Below are positions 10,044 to 19,597 of a stretch of DNA of 46,788 bases, piece by piece. The stretch comes from Flavobacteriales bacterium (GTDB taxonomy: Bacteria > Bacteroidota > Bacteroidia > Flavobacteriales > UBA1820): positions 69,578-116,365 of the forward strand of contig JAFYKQ010000118.1 in the NCBI GenBank assembly GCA_017537565.1. The letters run 5' to 3'. The position numbers and the translations under genes are program-made. Every line of letters starts with the position of its first letter. Position 1 is the stretch's first letter. The notes under the pieces are model-generated. The model ran no database searches. It saw nothing but the letters and a program-made list of their open reading frames with translations, and was not told where the DNA came from.

Positions 10044-10199
10044 ATGAAAAGAACATTCCAACCTCACAATCGCAAACGTGTTAACAAACACGGTTTCCGT
10101 GAACGTATGTCCACAGCCAACGGACGTAAAGTATTGGCCGCTCGCAGAGCAAAAGGACGTGCAAAACTTACAGTTTCTAGCGAACGCCACGGTAAATAA
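10044..10199 (+). CDS. rpmH: 50S ribosomal protein L34
   Basis: Manual translation [51 protein letters not shown]; too short for the ORF track. Confidence 0.98.
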   Translation: MKRTFQPHNRKRVNKHGFRERMSTANGRKVLAARRAKGRAKLTVSSERHGK

Positions 10200-10219
10200 T
10201 AGGCTCGTAGAACTTAACG

Positions 10220-10259
10220 ATACAAAAAATGCTCGCCTTTTGGCGAGCATTTTTTGTAT
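10220..10259. terminator. Bidirectional intrinsic terminator rpmH/tsaB
   Basis: ATACAAAAAATGCTCGCC-TTTT-GGCGAGCATTTTTTGTAT. Confidence 0.9.
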
Positions 10260-10272
10260 TTACTCATTTTTC

Positions 10273-10956
10273 TTATTTCTTCTTGGAAGGATTACCACCC
10301 ATAAAGTCTTTGAGATAATAAGGCTCAAAATAAGCCACATCTTCATAACGTCCTTCTTTGTAAAGGCGTTCTGCCTCCTCTCCCATCATTCTGGCCGAAG
10401 GATATATATCATCTACCCATCGTGCCGCTATATGTTTTATCACTTCGCGGCATTTATTCATACCGTCCCCACAGAAACACACCACTTTGTCTTCGGGCAG
10501 GAACTCATATGATGTCTCATCTACCACCACAGCCTCCACATCGCGTACTTTGTCCATACCTGCATCATAGACAGCACTATAAACCTCCATACGACGAGCG
10601 TCTATCATAGGAACATATAGGTCTGCCTCTGTCATTTTACGAGCAGCCATCGCCATCAGTTTCAATGTATCCACCGCTACCAATGGCACTCCCAGAGCAT
10701 AAGCCAATCCCTTGGCTGCCGAGACTCCTATTCTCAATCCCGTATATGACCCAGGCCCACGGCTTACCGCCACAGCATCTATCCCCTTAACGTCCAGTCC
10801 TGCTTCATCTATCGCTTCTCTCATATAGACGTGCAGGTTCTCGCTATGGGAATAGCCCCCCGTGTTACTCTCCTTTATGGATTTAAGTTCTCCATCTACA
10901 AAAACAGCCACGGAACAATTTACCGTAGCTGTTTCTATGCATAATATATTTGCCAT
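10273..10956 (-). CDS. tsaB: tRNA threonylcarbamoyladenosine biosynthesis protein TsaB
   Basis: IETAT..CSVA, GPGSYTGLRIG, DARRMEVY and FEPYYLK motifs. Confidence 0.95.
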   Translation of the reverse strand: MANILCIETATVNCSVAVFVDGELKSIKESNTGGYSHSENLHVYMREAIDEAGLDVKGIDAVAVSRGPGSYTGLRIGVSAAKGLAYALGVPLVAVDTLKLMAMAARKMTEADLYVPMIDARRMEVYSAVYDAGMDKVRDVEAVVVDETSYEFLPEDKVVCFCGDGMNKCREVIKHIAARWVDDIYPSARMMGEEAERLYKEGRYEDVAYFEPYYLKDFMGGNPSKKK

Positions 10957-11025
10957 TTTATCAATATCTATATCTCTACACGGCTCCCCGTGTAATACAT
11001 CTCACCTTCCCGTACTACCGCTCTA

Positions 11026-11898
11026 CTAACCCAGAGCCTCGGCTCCGCTCACGATTTCTATAATCTGGTTTGTAATAGCAGCCTGACGTGCATTGTTGTA
11101 TTCCAGTGTAAGACGATCTTTAAGTTCTTTGGCATTGTCTGATGCTTTGTGCATAGCCGTCATACGAGCACCGTGTTCCGAAGCCACGCTGTCACGCATC
11201 ACGCGGAACATCTGCAAACGAAGACTCTGTGGCAACAGGCCTTCGATTATCGTCTTACTGTCTGGTTCCAATATGAAATCACCTACTGCCGCTGCGCCTT
11301 TTGCCTGTGTAGCCTTTATTTCCAGTGGAAGGAATTGTTCACACGTTACTATCTGTGTAGCAGCATTCTTAAAGCGGTTATACACCACCCATACGCTGTC
11401 ATATTTCTCAGTAGCATAGTCGTCCATTATACGGGTAGTCATTTGGCTTACATTTGAGAAAGTCATATCATCATACAGATATGAGTAGTCTGCCTCTATC
11501 GCGTGAACCTTTGAAAGCAGGTCGCGACCTTTGTTACCTACCGTCATAATATCCACCTGGCAGTCTGCCAAAGCGTTTGCAAGCATCTCTTTTACATTCT
11601 TGACAACGTTTGAGTTAAATGCACCGCACAGACCTTTATTGGACGTTACAACTACCACCAGCACTCGTTTAACATCTCTTACCACCGTGTATGGGCTTTC
11701 TATGTTTTCATCTGCCGACATAGCCGATGACACCTGTGCCAATATCTGTGAAAGTCCGTCTGAATATGGACGCATATGTGTGATAGCATCTGATGCTTTT
11801 TTGAATTTTGAGGCAGAAACCATCTTCATGGCCTGCGTTATTTTCATATTTGCACCTACCGATGCTATACGAGTACGTATTTCTTTAAGATTTGCCAT
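11026..11898 (-). CDS. atpG: ATP synthase F1 gamma subunit
   Basis: KITQAMKMVSA, GLCGAFN, SEHGARMTAM, RQAAITNQIIEIVSGA. Confidence 0.97.
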   Translation of the reverse strand: MANLKEIRTRIASVGANMKITQAMKMVSASKFKKASDAITHMRPYSDGLSQILAQVSSAMSADENIESPYTVVRDVKRVLVVVVTSNKGLCGAFNSNVVKNVKEMLANALADCQVDIMTVGNKGRDLLSKVHAIEADYSYLYDDMTFSNVSQMTTRIMDDYATEKYDSVWVVYNRFKNAATQIVTCEQFLPLEIKATQAKGAAAVGDFILEPDSKTIIEGLLPQSLRLQMFRVMRDSVASEHGARMTAMHKASDNAKELKDRLTLEYNNARQAAITNQIIEIVSGAEALG

Positions 11899-11946
11899 TG
11901 TATAAAACTCTTATTTACAGACTGTTATGCTTAATGCGTATCAATC

Positions 11947-13056
11947 CTAATTATAGCTGTAAATATACACATTTTCAAAATCTAAATCACTATTCCAGGC
12001 ATATATTTTCTTATTATAAATATCTACCATACATTCACGTGCAGAAACCTTATCCAAATCATATCTCACGATGGGTTTCAATTCCCAGTCACACACATCT
12101 ACATATAGTCTGTGGGGGATTTCATTTATCGTTTTCTCTCCCTCTTCATCGATGACTTCTTCTATTTCATATTCACTTACCGAAAGATAAATATACTTAT
12201 CATCACAGGCTATAATATCACAATCTTTACGGCGATTTTTATATATATCTTTCCAATCCAAAGCCACGACTTCTTCAAACGTACGATGCTGCCCTATCTC
12301 TCCATAATTCTCTATATGCCCATCATTTACCGTGAATGTTTGCACAAAATCTATCCAAGGATAATATAACAAAACCCTATTTCCACATATAGCCGTAGCA
12401 GGGGCGTTTCTTATCCTCGCCAACAGAGATACCTGACCATTTTCATTGGTAGAGGTTTCTATTTCATTAAAAGAATATACAGCCATACTATCCTTGATGC
12501 TACCATCTGTGACATCTGTAACATATAGATAATCAGGGAAAATTTTATCTATATTATTCCAATCACCTCCGCTACTACGACGCTCCAGCGTATATCTATC
12601 GTCCATCATAGCAGCATCTACCATTATCCTCACTCCCGTTATATTCTGTGAATAGATAGTATCTATATTTATACTCCCTTCCTTGATAGACAATCTCAAC
12701 GTATTACCACGCATAATGTCTGTAATCCACACAGAATGTTCATCTGTATCCATAAATATGGGAAATCCCACATCTTCGGGACCTTCTCCACGAGACAGCA
12801 TCGTATCCACAAACGTCCATTCTGGCAAACGATAATGAAAAAGAGCCTTAGACGTATTTTCACTCACCAGCAGGACACTACCGTCCACCACTTTCCAAGA
12901 ATATGGATCCAATACTTCGTTTATCGCTACACTATCGGCACATAGAGAAATGGTCTTAAATTCCACATCTTTACTCCCCTCATTATCCGCACCCCCACAG
13001 GCTACCAATAGCAGAGGTATGATAAAGATTAAAATTCTCCTCATAATATCACGCAT
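11947..13056 (-). CDS. Putative beta-propeller lipoprotein (BF3164/TolB-like), paralog 1; start possibly 13044
   Basis: Lipobox LLLVAC, ADSVAINE, RGEGPEDVG motif, C-terminal FENVYIY shared with neighbours. Confidence 0.65.
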   Translation of the reverse strand: MRDIMRRILIFIIPLLLVACGGADNEGSKDVEFKTISLCADSVAINEVLDPYSWKVVDGSVLLVSENTSKALFHYRLPEWTFVDTMLSRGEGPEDVGFPIFMDTDEHSVWITDIMRGNTLRLSIKEGSINIDTIYSQNITGVRIMVDAAMMDDRYTLERRSSGGDWNNIDKIFPDYLYVTDVTDGSIKDSMAVYSFNEIETSTNENGQVSLLARIRNAPATAICGNRVLLYYPWIDFVQTFTVNDGHIENYGEIGQHRTFEEVVALDWKDIYKNRRKDCDIIACDDKYIYLSVSEYEIEEVIDEEGEKTINEIPHRLYVDVCDWELKPIVRYDLDKVSARECMVDIYNKKIYAWNSDLDFENVYIYSYN

Positions 13057-13058
13057 TG

Positions 13059-14162
13059 TTACTCGGCAGATGGAGCGTCCAGTTTAAAGTCATAGACATA
13101 CACCTTTTCAAAGTCTTCTTTTTCATTCCAAGCATAGACCTTGTTACGATGCACATCTACCAGTACCGCATTGGCCTCTTTTTTATTGAGTTCTATCTCC
13201 TTGACAGGATTCATCTCCCAGTCATACACCTCTATGGATACTCCTTTCCATTTTATGACTTGGTCGCTCTCTCCTGTTTCTGGGTCTATCTCTTCTACAC
13301 GTTCATATTTTCTCTTACACATAAAGATATAATCGGCCGTGCAAGCTTTTACTTCGGTGTTAAATTCGGCACTCTGGTTTCTGGTCTTCCAATCTATATT
13401 TTTCACTTCATCATACGTGTACTCCTTACCATAAGTAGCCACATATTCCAACGTTCCATCTTCCTTTATATTATAGCGAATGCTCGTCCCCAACATAGGA
13501 TAAACACACATCATTCGAGAACCATAGATTGTGACATTAGGAGTATTGGTACTCACAGCTGCACGTCCTCCTCCTATCTCTTTAACTTCCACAAAGGCTA
13601 GTGTAGGTATAGAGTCCAGCACACGCATACTGTCTGAAATCGAAGCCACCACTATATGAGAACGACTTTCTTCCCAGTTGATATGGTCATATACTGCATA
13701 TTTGTTATTTACCACAGTAGAGTTAAAAGCATAGACAAAATTAACCACATCGTCCTTACCTATGACTTTGGTGACAGCTATTTCCTCTGGGCCTATATCA
13801 CATTTCTTTATCTCTAATTTATTCCCATCAAAGAACCAGAAACTACTTCCTGGAAGATTATTTTTCCACAGATATGGATACCCAACGTCTTCGGGGCCTT
13901 CACCACGGGTAAAGGTCGTATCCATAAATATGAATTCGGGGATAGAATAGCGATAGAGCACTTTTTTACTTCTTGGCGATAGGAATGCCACATAAAATTC
14001 GTTCATAAAAATATCATTCTCTCGCGGAGCGAGTATTTCATTTATCGCTACACTATCGGCCAGGCAGTATTCATACTGCGGAAAAGAACTCTTTTTCCCA
14101 TCACTACCACCACAGGCATACATAACAGCCGCTATGGCTATACATAAAATCACTTTTTTCAT
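13059..14162 (-). CDS. Putative beta-propeller lipoprotein, paralog 2
   Basis: Lipobox MYAC, ADSVAINE, RGEGPEDVG, VYDWEMNPV, FEKVYVY. Confidence 0.65.
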   Translation of the reverse strand: MKKVILCIAIAAVMYACGGSDGKKSSFPQYEYCLADSVAINEILAPRENDIFMNEFYVAFLSPRSKKVLYRYSIPEFIFMDTTFTRGEGPEDVGYPYLWKNNLPGSSFWFFDGNKLEIKKCDIGPEEIAVTKVIGKDDVVNFVYAFNSTVVNNKYAVYDHINWEESRSHIVVASISDSMRVLDSIPTLAFVEVKEIGGGRAAVSTNTPNVTIYGSRMMCVYPMLGTSIRYNIKEDGTLEYVATYGKEYTYDEVKNIDWKTRNQSAEFNTEVKACTADYIFMCKRKYERVEEIDPETGESDQVIKWKGVSIEVYDWEMNPVKEIELNKKEANAVLVDVHRNKVYAWNEKEDFEKVYVYDFKLDAPSAE

Positions 14163-14169
14163 ATCTACA

Positions 14170-15252
14170 CTATTTTTTTATCTTTATATCATATTGGTCG
14201 CACTCACCTGTGCGATGTGCTAGATGTTTGGTAGAAGGAGATATACCAAACAGCGGAGAATAAGTACGCACCTTGATAGTTTTACCGTCGGGCATAAATT
14301 CCAGTATTCTCACCCAACCATCACCGCCATTGCCTTCCCAGCCTCCGCCCAATATCTGGACGTTAAACATCATCTGGTGAACCTCGTGTCCCAACGAATT
14401 TTTATCCACACGGTATGCCACCGCATCTTCAAACGCACCAGGAGTACCCGTATGCCCACATATAACCATATCCACTCTTGCTACATTTATAAGTTTTTCC
14501 CATATATCCTGTCCCCAGTTACGAGGAGATATCTTATAACGCTCCTTCACCATACGTTCGGCAGTGCGATGTCTCAAGAAAGAATGTGTCATAAATATCA
14601 CCGTAGCATCGGCATATTCCTTTTTATTTATCACGCCCTTTGCCCACTGCAGCACTTCGTCTCGAGGAGCAAATTCGCTGGTGATAACCAAAACCTTACC
14701 CCAATTTTTGTCCTGAAATAAAAATGCAGCATTCTCCATAGACACGTCTCCGTTACGGTTTGGGAAATCGGCTACCAGACAATCTCTCCACGTGCTGTTT
14801 CTCTCAAATGGGAAATACTTTGGGAACATAGTCCTGCCGTTTTCTGCCGAACGATAACCATAATCGTGATTACCACAAGATATGATATATGGCACCTTGT
14901 CGTCCATACGAGCAAACGAACGAGATACCGACTCCCACATCTCTCTACTGGTCTGGTTGAGCATACTACGATTCATCGTGATGTTTTCATTCTGCTCGAC
15001 CAAATCCCCCGTACACAGCACCGCACGTATGTTGAGATGGTCTACGTTATCGGCTATCCAAGCCGTACACAACTCCAGCAGAGGCTGGTTAATGTCATAT
15101 TTCACATAACCCTGTGGGTCCCCCATCAGTATCATGGTGAACGCGTCTTTATCGGTTAGGCTCTGGCGGTCGGCACGATGCTGGGCTTGTGCTATCACAC
15201 AGGATAACATAAATGTCATCACCACAGCTGCACCCAAAATATATTTTCTCAT
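14170..15252 (-). CDS. Secreted calcineurin-like metallophosphoesterase
   Basis: Signal peptide; GDPQ, GDLVE, GNHDY, MTH and CGH metal-binding motifs. Confidence 0.88.
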   Translation of the reverse strand: MRKYILGAAVVMTFMLSCVIAQAQHRADRQSLTDKDAFTMILMGDPQGYVKYDINQPLLELCTAWIADNVDHLNIRAVLCTGDLVEQNENITMNRSMLNQTSREMWESVSRSFARMDDKVPYIISCGNHDYGYRSAENGRTMFPKYFPFERNSTWRDCLVADFPNRNGDVSMENAAFLFQDKNWGKVLVITSEFAPRDEVLQWAKGVINKKEYADATVIFMTHSFLRHRTAERMVKERYKISPRNWGQDIWEKLINVARVDMVICGHTGTPGAFEDAVAYRVDKNSLGHEVHQMMFNVQILGGGWEGNGGDGWVRILEFMPDGKTIKVRTYSPLFGISPSTKHLAHRTGECDQYDIKIKK

Positions 15253-15286
15253 ATCTACACTATGTTTAGATTAATCATTTTAATTA

Positions 15287-16345
15287 TTACAAGGTGTAAA
15301 TATACACATTTTCAAAATCTGCATCAAAATTAAACGCATAGACTTTTCCATCGTGACATATAAAGTTTGTAAGCAGACGGTCAAATGCCTTTACTCTTTT
15401 GACTCTACCCTGCATATCATACACCACAGCGTAAGACTTGATATTATCAAGGTCTTCCTCATCTATCGCCTCACTGCTACCTATATAATAAAAGACATAT
15501 ATCTCATCTTTATCTACACAGGATTTTGCTATCTCTATCCTCATAGGCATATTATCCCAATCAAGTGCCGATATTTCTTCCACCCCACGGGTATCTCCCA
15601 CAGCATATATTTTGTCTAGCTTTCCAGATGATGAAATAGAATAAGCCTCTACTCTATGCAGGTCTGAATATACTACCAGCAGAATATCCCCCGTCACCAC
15701 AATAGATGGCACGTTATAGATGTTACCCTGCACTCCCCACGAATGGTGTTTTACAATATTTACCACGTCCAGATATATAGAATCCACCACCTCATTTTTC
15801 ACATCGTCATATATAACCACCTGCTGTCTGCGACCTTTGCCAGACATATCTATAGCGACATTTGGAAAGGCATAGAAAGTCCCATCACCTACCCTTATAG
15901 GACCTTTTGATATTTCATCTATATAGCGGATATCATAAGATTTAACATCTACACATACTGCCGTGCTATCTCCCACGATATATTTTCTCATCTTGTTACG
16001 CATAGGCACACGCAATGTATCATCTCCTTCCCCAGAAAGACCAATGCCATAAGCCGTACCTTGGAAATCTTCGGGACCTTCACCCTGCACTCCCCATTTA
16101 TACAGGAAGTCAAAATCTGGAAAAGTATAGGTATATGCCACCGTGTCTGTCCCTTCTGAAAACAGCACTATTTTATCTTTCCCCACCCTATTCCAATACA
16201 CAGGTTTCAATATCTCATCTATCGCGATGCTATCGGTAGGATAGGCCACATCGGCAGCAGCAAAATCTGGTGCTACGCCTTCTTTTTTTTCTCCACAAGA
16301 AACCAGCAGTAATCCTGCCACTATCATTATAGCTATATTTTTCAT
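15287..16345 (-). CDS. Putative beta-propeller lipoprotein, paralog 3
   Basis: Lipobox LLVSC, TDSIAIDE, QGEGPEDF, VYDMQG, FENVYIY. Confidence 0.65.
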   Translation of the reverse strand: MKNIAIMIVAGLLLVSCGEKKEGVAPDFAAADVAYPTDSIAIDEILKPVYWNRVGKDKIVLFSEGTDTVAYTYTFPDFDFLYKWGVQGEGPEDFQGTAYGIGLSGEGDDTLRVPMRNKMRKYIVGDSTAVCVDVKSYDIRYIDEISKGPIRVGDGTFYAFPNVAIDMSGKGRRQQVVIYDDVKNEVVDSIYLDVVNIVKHHSWGVQGNIYNVPSIVVTGDILLVVYSDLHRVEAYSISSSGKLDKIYAVGDTRGVEEISALDWDNMPMRIEIAKSCVDKDEIYVFYYIGSSEAIDEEDLDNIKSYAVVYDMQGRVKRVKAFDRLLTNFICHDGKVYAFNFDADFENVYIYTL

Positions 16346-16493
16346 ACTTTTTATTTATTGTTGTTTATCATTCTGTTTGTTATTTACATTAAAGTAGTAT
16401 ACTACCACTGGCTATTTTAAAACCAGCGGCAGGGCTTCCCTGCAAAGGTTACAATTTTTTCTACATTTTTTCTTCCCATCACACATATATATA

Positions 16494-16527
16494 AAAAGAG
16501 GGTAGTAATTAATTACCCCCCCCCCGC
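16494..16527 (-). terminator. Probable terminator after atpA with G10 arm
   Basis: Minus strand GCGGGGGGGGGGTAAT-TA-ATTACTACCCTC-TTTTT; imperfect stem with G:U pairs and U tail. Confidence 0.5.
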
Positions 16528-16549
16528 TAAATATTTGCGTTTCAATATT

Positions 16550-18127
16550 TTACATATCTGCAGAAACCTGTGCTGCTACCTTTTTAAGAGTTTCCTCTAT
16601 TTCATCATTTAGGATACCCTTGTGAAGGTCGGCCATCACCGCCTTGTGAGAAGTAGTAAGTTCTGTCAAGTATTTTTCTTCCCATTCTTTTACCTTCTGT
16701 ACAGGAACCGTACGTAGAAGGTTCTGAGTACCTGCATATATCACAGCTATCTCTTCCTCTACCGAAAGCGGAGTATTTTTACCCTGTTTCAACAGTTCCA
16801 CATTGCGACGACCTTTGTCTATCACGTTCTGTGTAGCAGGGTCAAGGTCACTACCAAACTTAGCAAATGCTTCCAAGTCTTTATATTCTGCCTGGTCTGT
16901 ACGAAGCGGACCAGCCACTTTTTTCATCGCCTTAACCTGTGCGTTACCACCCACACGAGACACCGATATGCCGGCGTTAATCGCTGGACGTACACCACTG
17001 TTGAACAATTCACTTTCCAGGAATATCTGTCCGTCTGTAATCGAAATAACGTTCGTTGGGATATAAGCCGATACGTCACCTGCCTGAGTCTCGATGATAG
17101 GAAGAGCCGTAAGCGAACCACCACCCTTGACCATACCCTTCAACGAAGGTGGAAGGTCATTCATCTGTGCAGCAATCGTATCATCTTTTACTATCTTGGC
17201 AGCACGTTCCAAAAGACGAGAGTGTAGATAGAAGATATCACCAGGATAAGCCTCACGTCCAGGTGGACGACGAAGTAGAAGTGATACCTCACGATATGCT
17301 ACAGCCTGTTTTGAAAGGTCGTCATATATGATAAGAGCATCGCGTCCGCTATCACGGAAGAACTCACCTATCGCCGCACCGGCCATAGGAGCCAAGTACT
17401 GCATCGCTGCTGGGTCTGATGAGTTGGCAGCCACGATTATAGTGTAAGGCATAGCACCCGCGTCTTCCAACGTTTTATAAAGTTGTGCCACAGTAGATGC
17501 TTTCTGTCCTACCGCAACATATATACAGTAAACAGGAGCACCAGCCTCATAGTTCTGTTTCTGGTTAATGATAGTGTCTATCGCGATAGTAGATTTACCC
17601 GTCTGACGGTCACCGATGATAAGCTCACGCTGACCACGTCCAATAGGAATCATCGAGTCAATAGCCTTGATACCTGTCTGCAAAGGCTGGTTCACAGGCT
17701 GACGATAGATAACACCAGGAGCTTTACGTTCTATAGGCATCTCGTATGTCTGTCCCGCTATATCACCTTTACCGTCTATAGGGTAACCCAGTGTGTTGAT
17801 AACACGTCCCAACATACCTTCGCCCACCATAATAGATGACACGCGACCTGTACGATAAGCCTTTGAGCCTTCGGTGATGTCACCATAAGGGCCCATAAAC
17901 ACCACGCCTATGCTTGATTCGTCCAAGTTCAAGGCAATGGCTTCGGTACCATTTTCAAAACGGATGATTTCACCCAAACGGGTTTCGCTCAATCCATAGA
18001 GCTGGGCAATACCGTCTCCCACCACCAGTACCGTTCCCACTTCCTGTGCAACAGGAGCAGATGAACCTACGGCAGAAAGCTCTTCTTTGAGGATAGCAGA
18101 TACTTCTGCTGGATTTATATTTGCCAT
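16550..18127 (-). CDS. atpA: ATP synthase F1 alpha subunit
   Basis: GDRQTGKS Walker [18 protein letters not shown]. Confidence 0.98.
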   Translation of the reverse strand: MANINPAEVSAILKEELSAVGSSAPVAQEVGTVLVVGDGIAQLYGLSETRLGEIIRFENGTEAIALNLDESSIGVVFMGPYGDITEGSKAYRTGRVSSIMVGEGMLGRVINTLGYPIDGKGDIAGQTYEMPIERKAPGVIYRQPVNQPLQTGIKAIDSMIPIGRGQRELIIGDRQTGKSTIAIDTIINQKQNYEAGAPVYCIYVAVGQKASTVAQLYKTLEDAGAMPYTIIVAANSSDPAAMQYLAPMAGAAIGEFFRDSGRDALIIYDDLSKQAVAYREVSLLLRRPPGREAYPGDIFYLHSRLLERAAKIVKDDTIAAQMNDLPPSLKGMVKGGGSLTALPIIETQAGDVSAYIPTNVISITDGQIFLESELFNSGVRPAINAGISVSRVGGNAQVKAMKKVAGPLRTDQAEYKDLEAFAKFGSDLDPATQNVIDKGRRNVELLKQGKNTPLSVEEEIAVIYAGTQNLLRTVPVQKVKEWEEKYLTELTTSHKAVMADLHKGILNDEIEETLKKVAAQVSADM

Positions 18128-18174
18128 ATCTTATTTTATTTTTTCTTTCTATTATTCTACTTTAAGATAATCGA

Positions 18175-18705
18175 CTACTGGAATTTCTTTTTGATTTCGT
18201 CCAGTCGTCCACGTAGGCTACCGTCCCACACTCTATCATCTATCGTAATCTTCATACCACCCAGTAGTTTTTCATCTACCGTAGCGTGCAGCACTACTCG
18301 CGAAGCACCAGTGGCTTGTTTCATACGTTTTTCTATTTCTGCCATCTGTACTGCAGTGAGCGACACCGCTGTCTCGACAGCCACGTGGCATATATTTTTA
18401 ATAGAGTCGTTTAATTTATCTACCGCCGTAAGTATATCTGAAAGGTATTCGGCACGGCCTTTTTCTATGATAAGATTCACAAAATTTTCAACCGCCGTCT
18501 TTCCTTTCACCGCTTCCGCAAGACCTTTTATCTTCTCCTCGCGGCTCACAAGTGGAGATAACACCATCTGTGCTACCTGTTCGTTTTCAAGCAGATACAC
18601 TCCCAAGGCCTTTGCTTCTTCCACAGCCTTGTCCAGTTCTCCCTTCTCTATCGCCAGCTCTACATAAGCCTTGGCATAACGTGTACACAATGATATATTT
18701 TTCAT
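18175..18705 (-). CDS. atpH: ATP synthase F1 delta subunit
   Basis: RYAKA N-terminus, VDEKLLGG..WDGSL C-terminus, operon position. Confidence 0.92.
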   Translation of the reverse strand: MKNISLCTRYAKAYVELAIEKGELDKAVEEAKALGVYLLENEQVAQMVLSPLVSREEKIKGLAEAVKGKTAVENFVNLIIEKGRAEYLSDILTAVDKLNDSIKNICHVAVETAVSLTAVQMAEIEKRMKQATGASRVVLHATVDEKLLGGMKITIDDRVWDGSLRGRLDEIKKKFQ

Positions 18706-18735
18706 TCCTTGACGTCTGTGTAAAAGGGTGAAGAA

Positions 18736-19227
18736 CTATAGTTTCATCTCTTGGATAGATTTTTCCAGTGATTCCTGTTGTTTTTTGGAATCTGCTAGTT
18801 CACTACCCAATACTTTTTCTGCCAAACCAACAGATATTTCTGCCAATTCCTTTTTAAGGTCTTCTTTGGCCATACGTTTTTCACGTTCTATAACCGCATT
18901 GGCATCTTTTATGATACCAGCCGCCTGAACAGAAGCTTCAGCACGAGCTGCCTCTATCATACGCGCACCTTCTTCTTTGGCACCACGCAATATAGCATCG
19001 CGTTCACCACGAGCCTCACGCAATATGTTTTGGCTTTCTTGTTTTACACCTTGTAGTTCTCCGCGAGCTTTCTGTGCATCATCTAGAGCCTCCTCTATGC
19101 TTTTATCTCTCTCGTCAAGCATCTTAAGGATAGGTTTCCAAGCCATTTTTGTAAGAACAGCAACCGTAAGCAGGAAAAACAACGTATTCCATACCAGTGT
19201 TCCTAATCCGGGTAATAGTAAGTCCAT
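18736..19227 (-). CDS. atpF: ATP synthase F0 b subunit
   Basis: N-terminal TM, AWKPILKMLDER, coiled coil. Confidence 0.95.
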   Translation of the reverse strand: MDLLLPGLGTLVWNTLFFLLTVAVLTKMAWKPILKMLDERDKSIEEALDDAQKARGELQGVKQESQNILREARGERDAILRGAKEEGARMIEAARAEASVQAAGIIKDANAVIEREKRMAKEDLKKELAEISVGLAEKVLGSELADSKKQQESLEKSIQEMKL

Positions 19228-19268
19228 ATAGATATTTTTTTATTTTATTTCACATAGATTTTAACTGG

Positions 19269-19315
19269 AAAAGCATTCGGGGAGAAGCAACCCTTCGCCC
19301 CATGCGAATGCTTTT
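19269..19315 (-). promoter_or_regulatory. Stem-loop between atpE and atpF
   Basis: AAAAGCATTCG...CGAATGCTTTT outer stem with inner GGGG/CCCC and GAAG/CTTC pairs. Confidence 0.7.
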
Positions 19316-19323
19316 TCTTTTTA

Positions 19324-19551
<228 letters not shown>

Positions 19552-19597
19552 TTATTTAATGAGTTAAAAATATGTTCGTTTATTCTATTCCTTATTA

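Noticed and set aside
10078-10512. 144-aa + strand ORF
   Set aside because: Out-of-frame overlap with rpmH, crosses a terminator and is antisense to tsaB.
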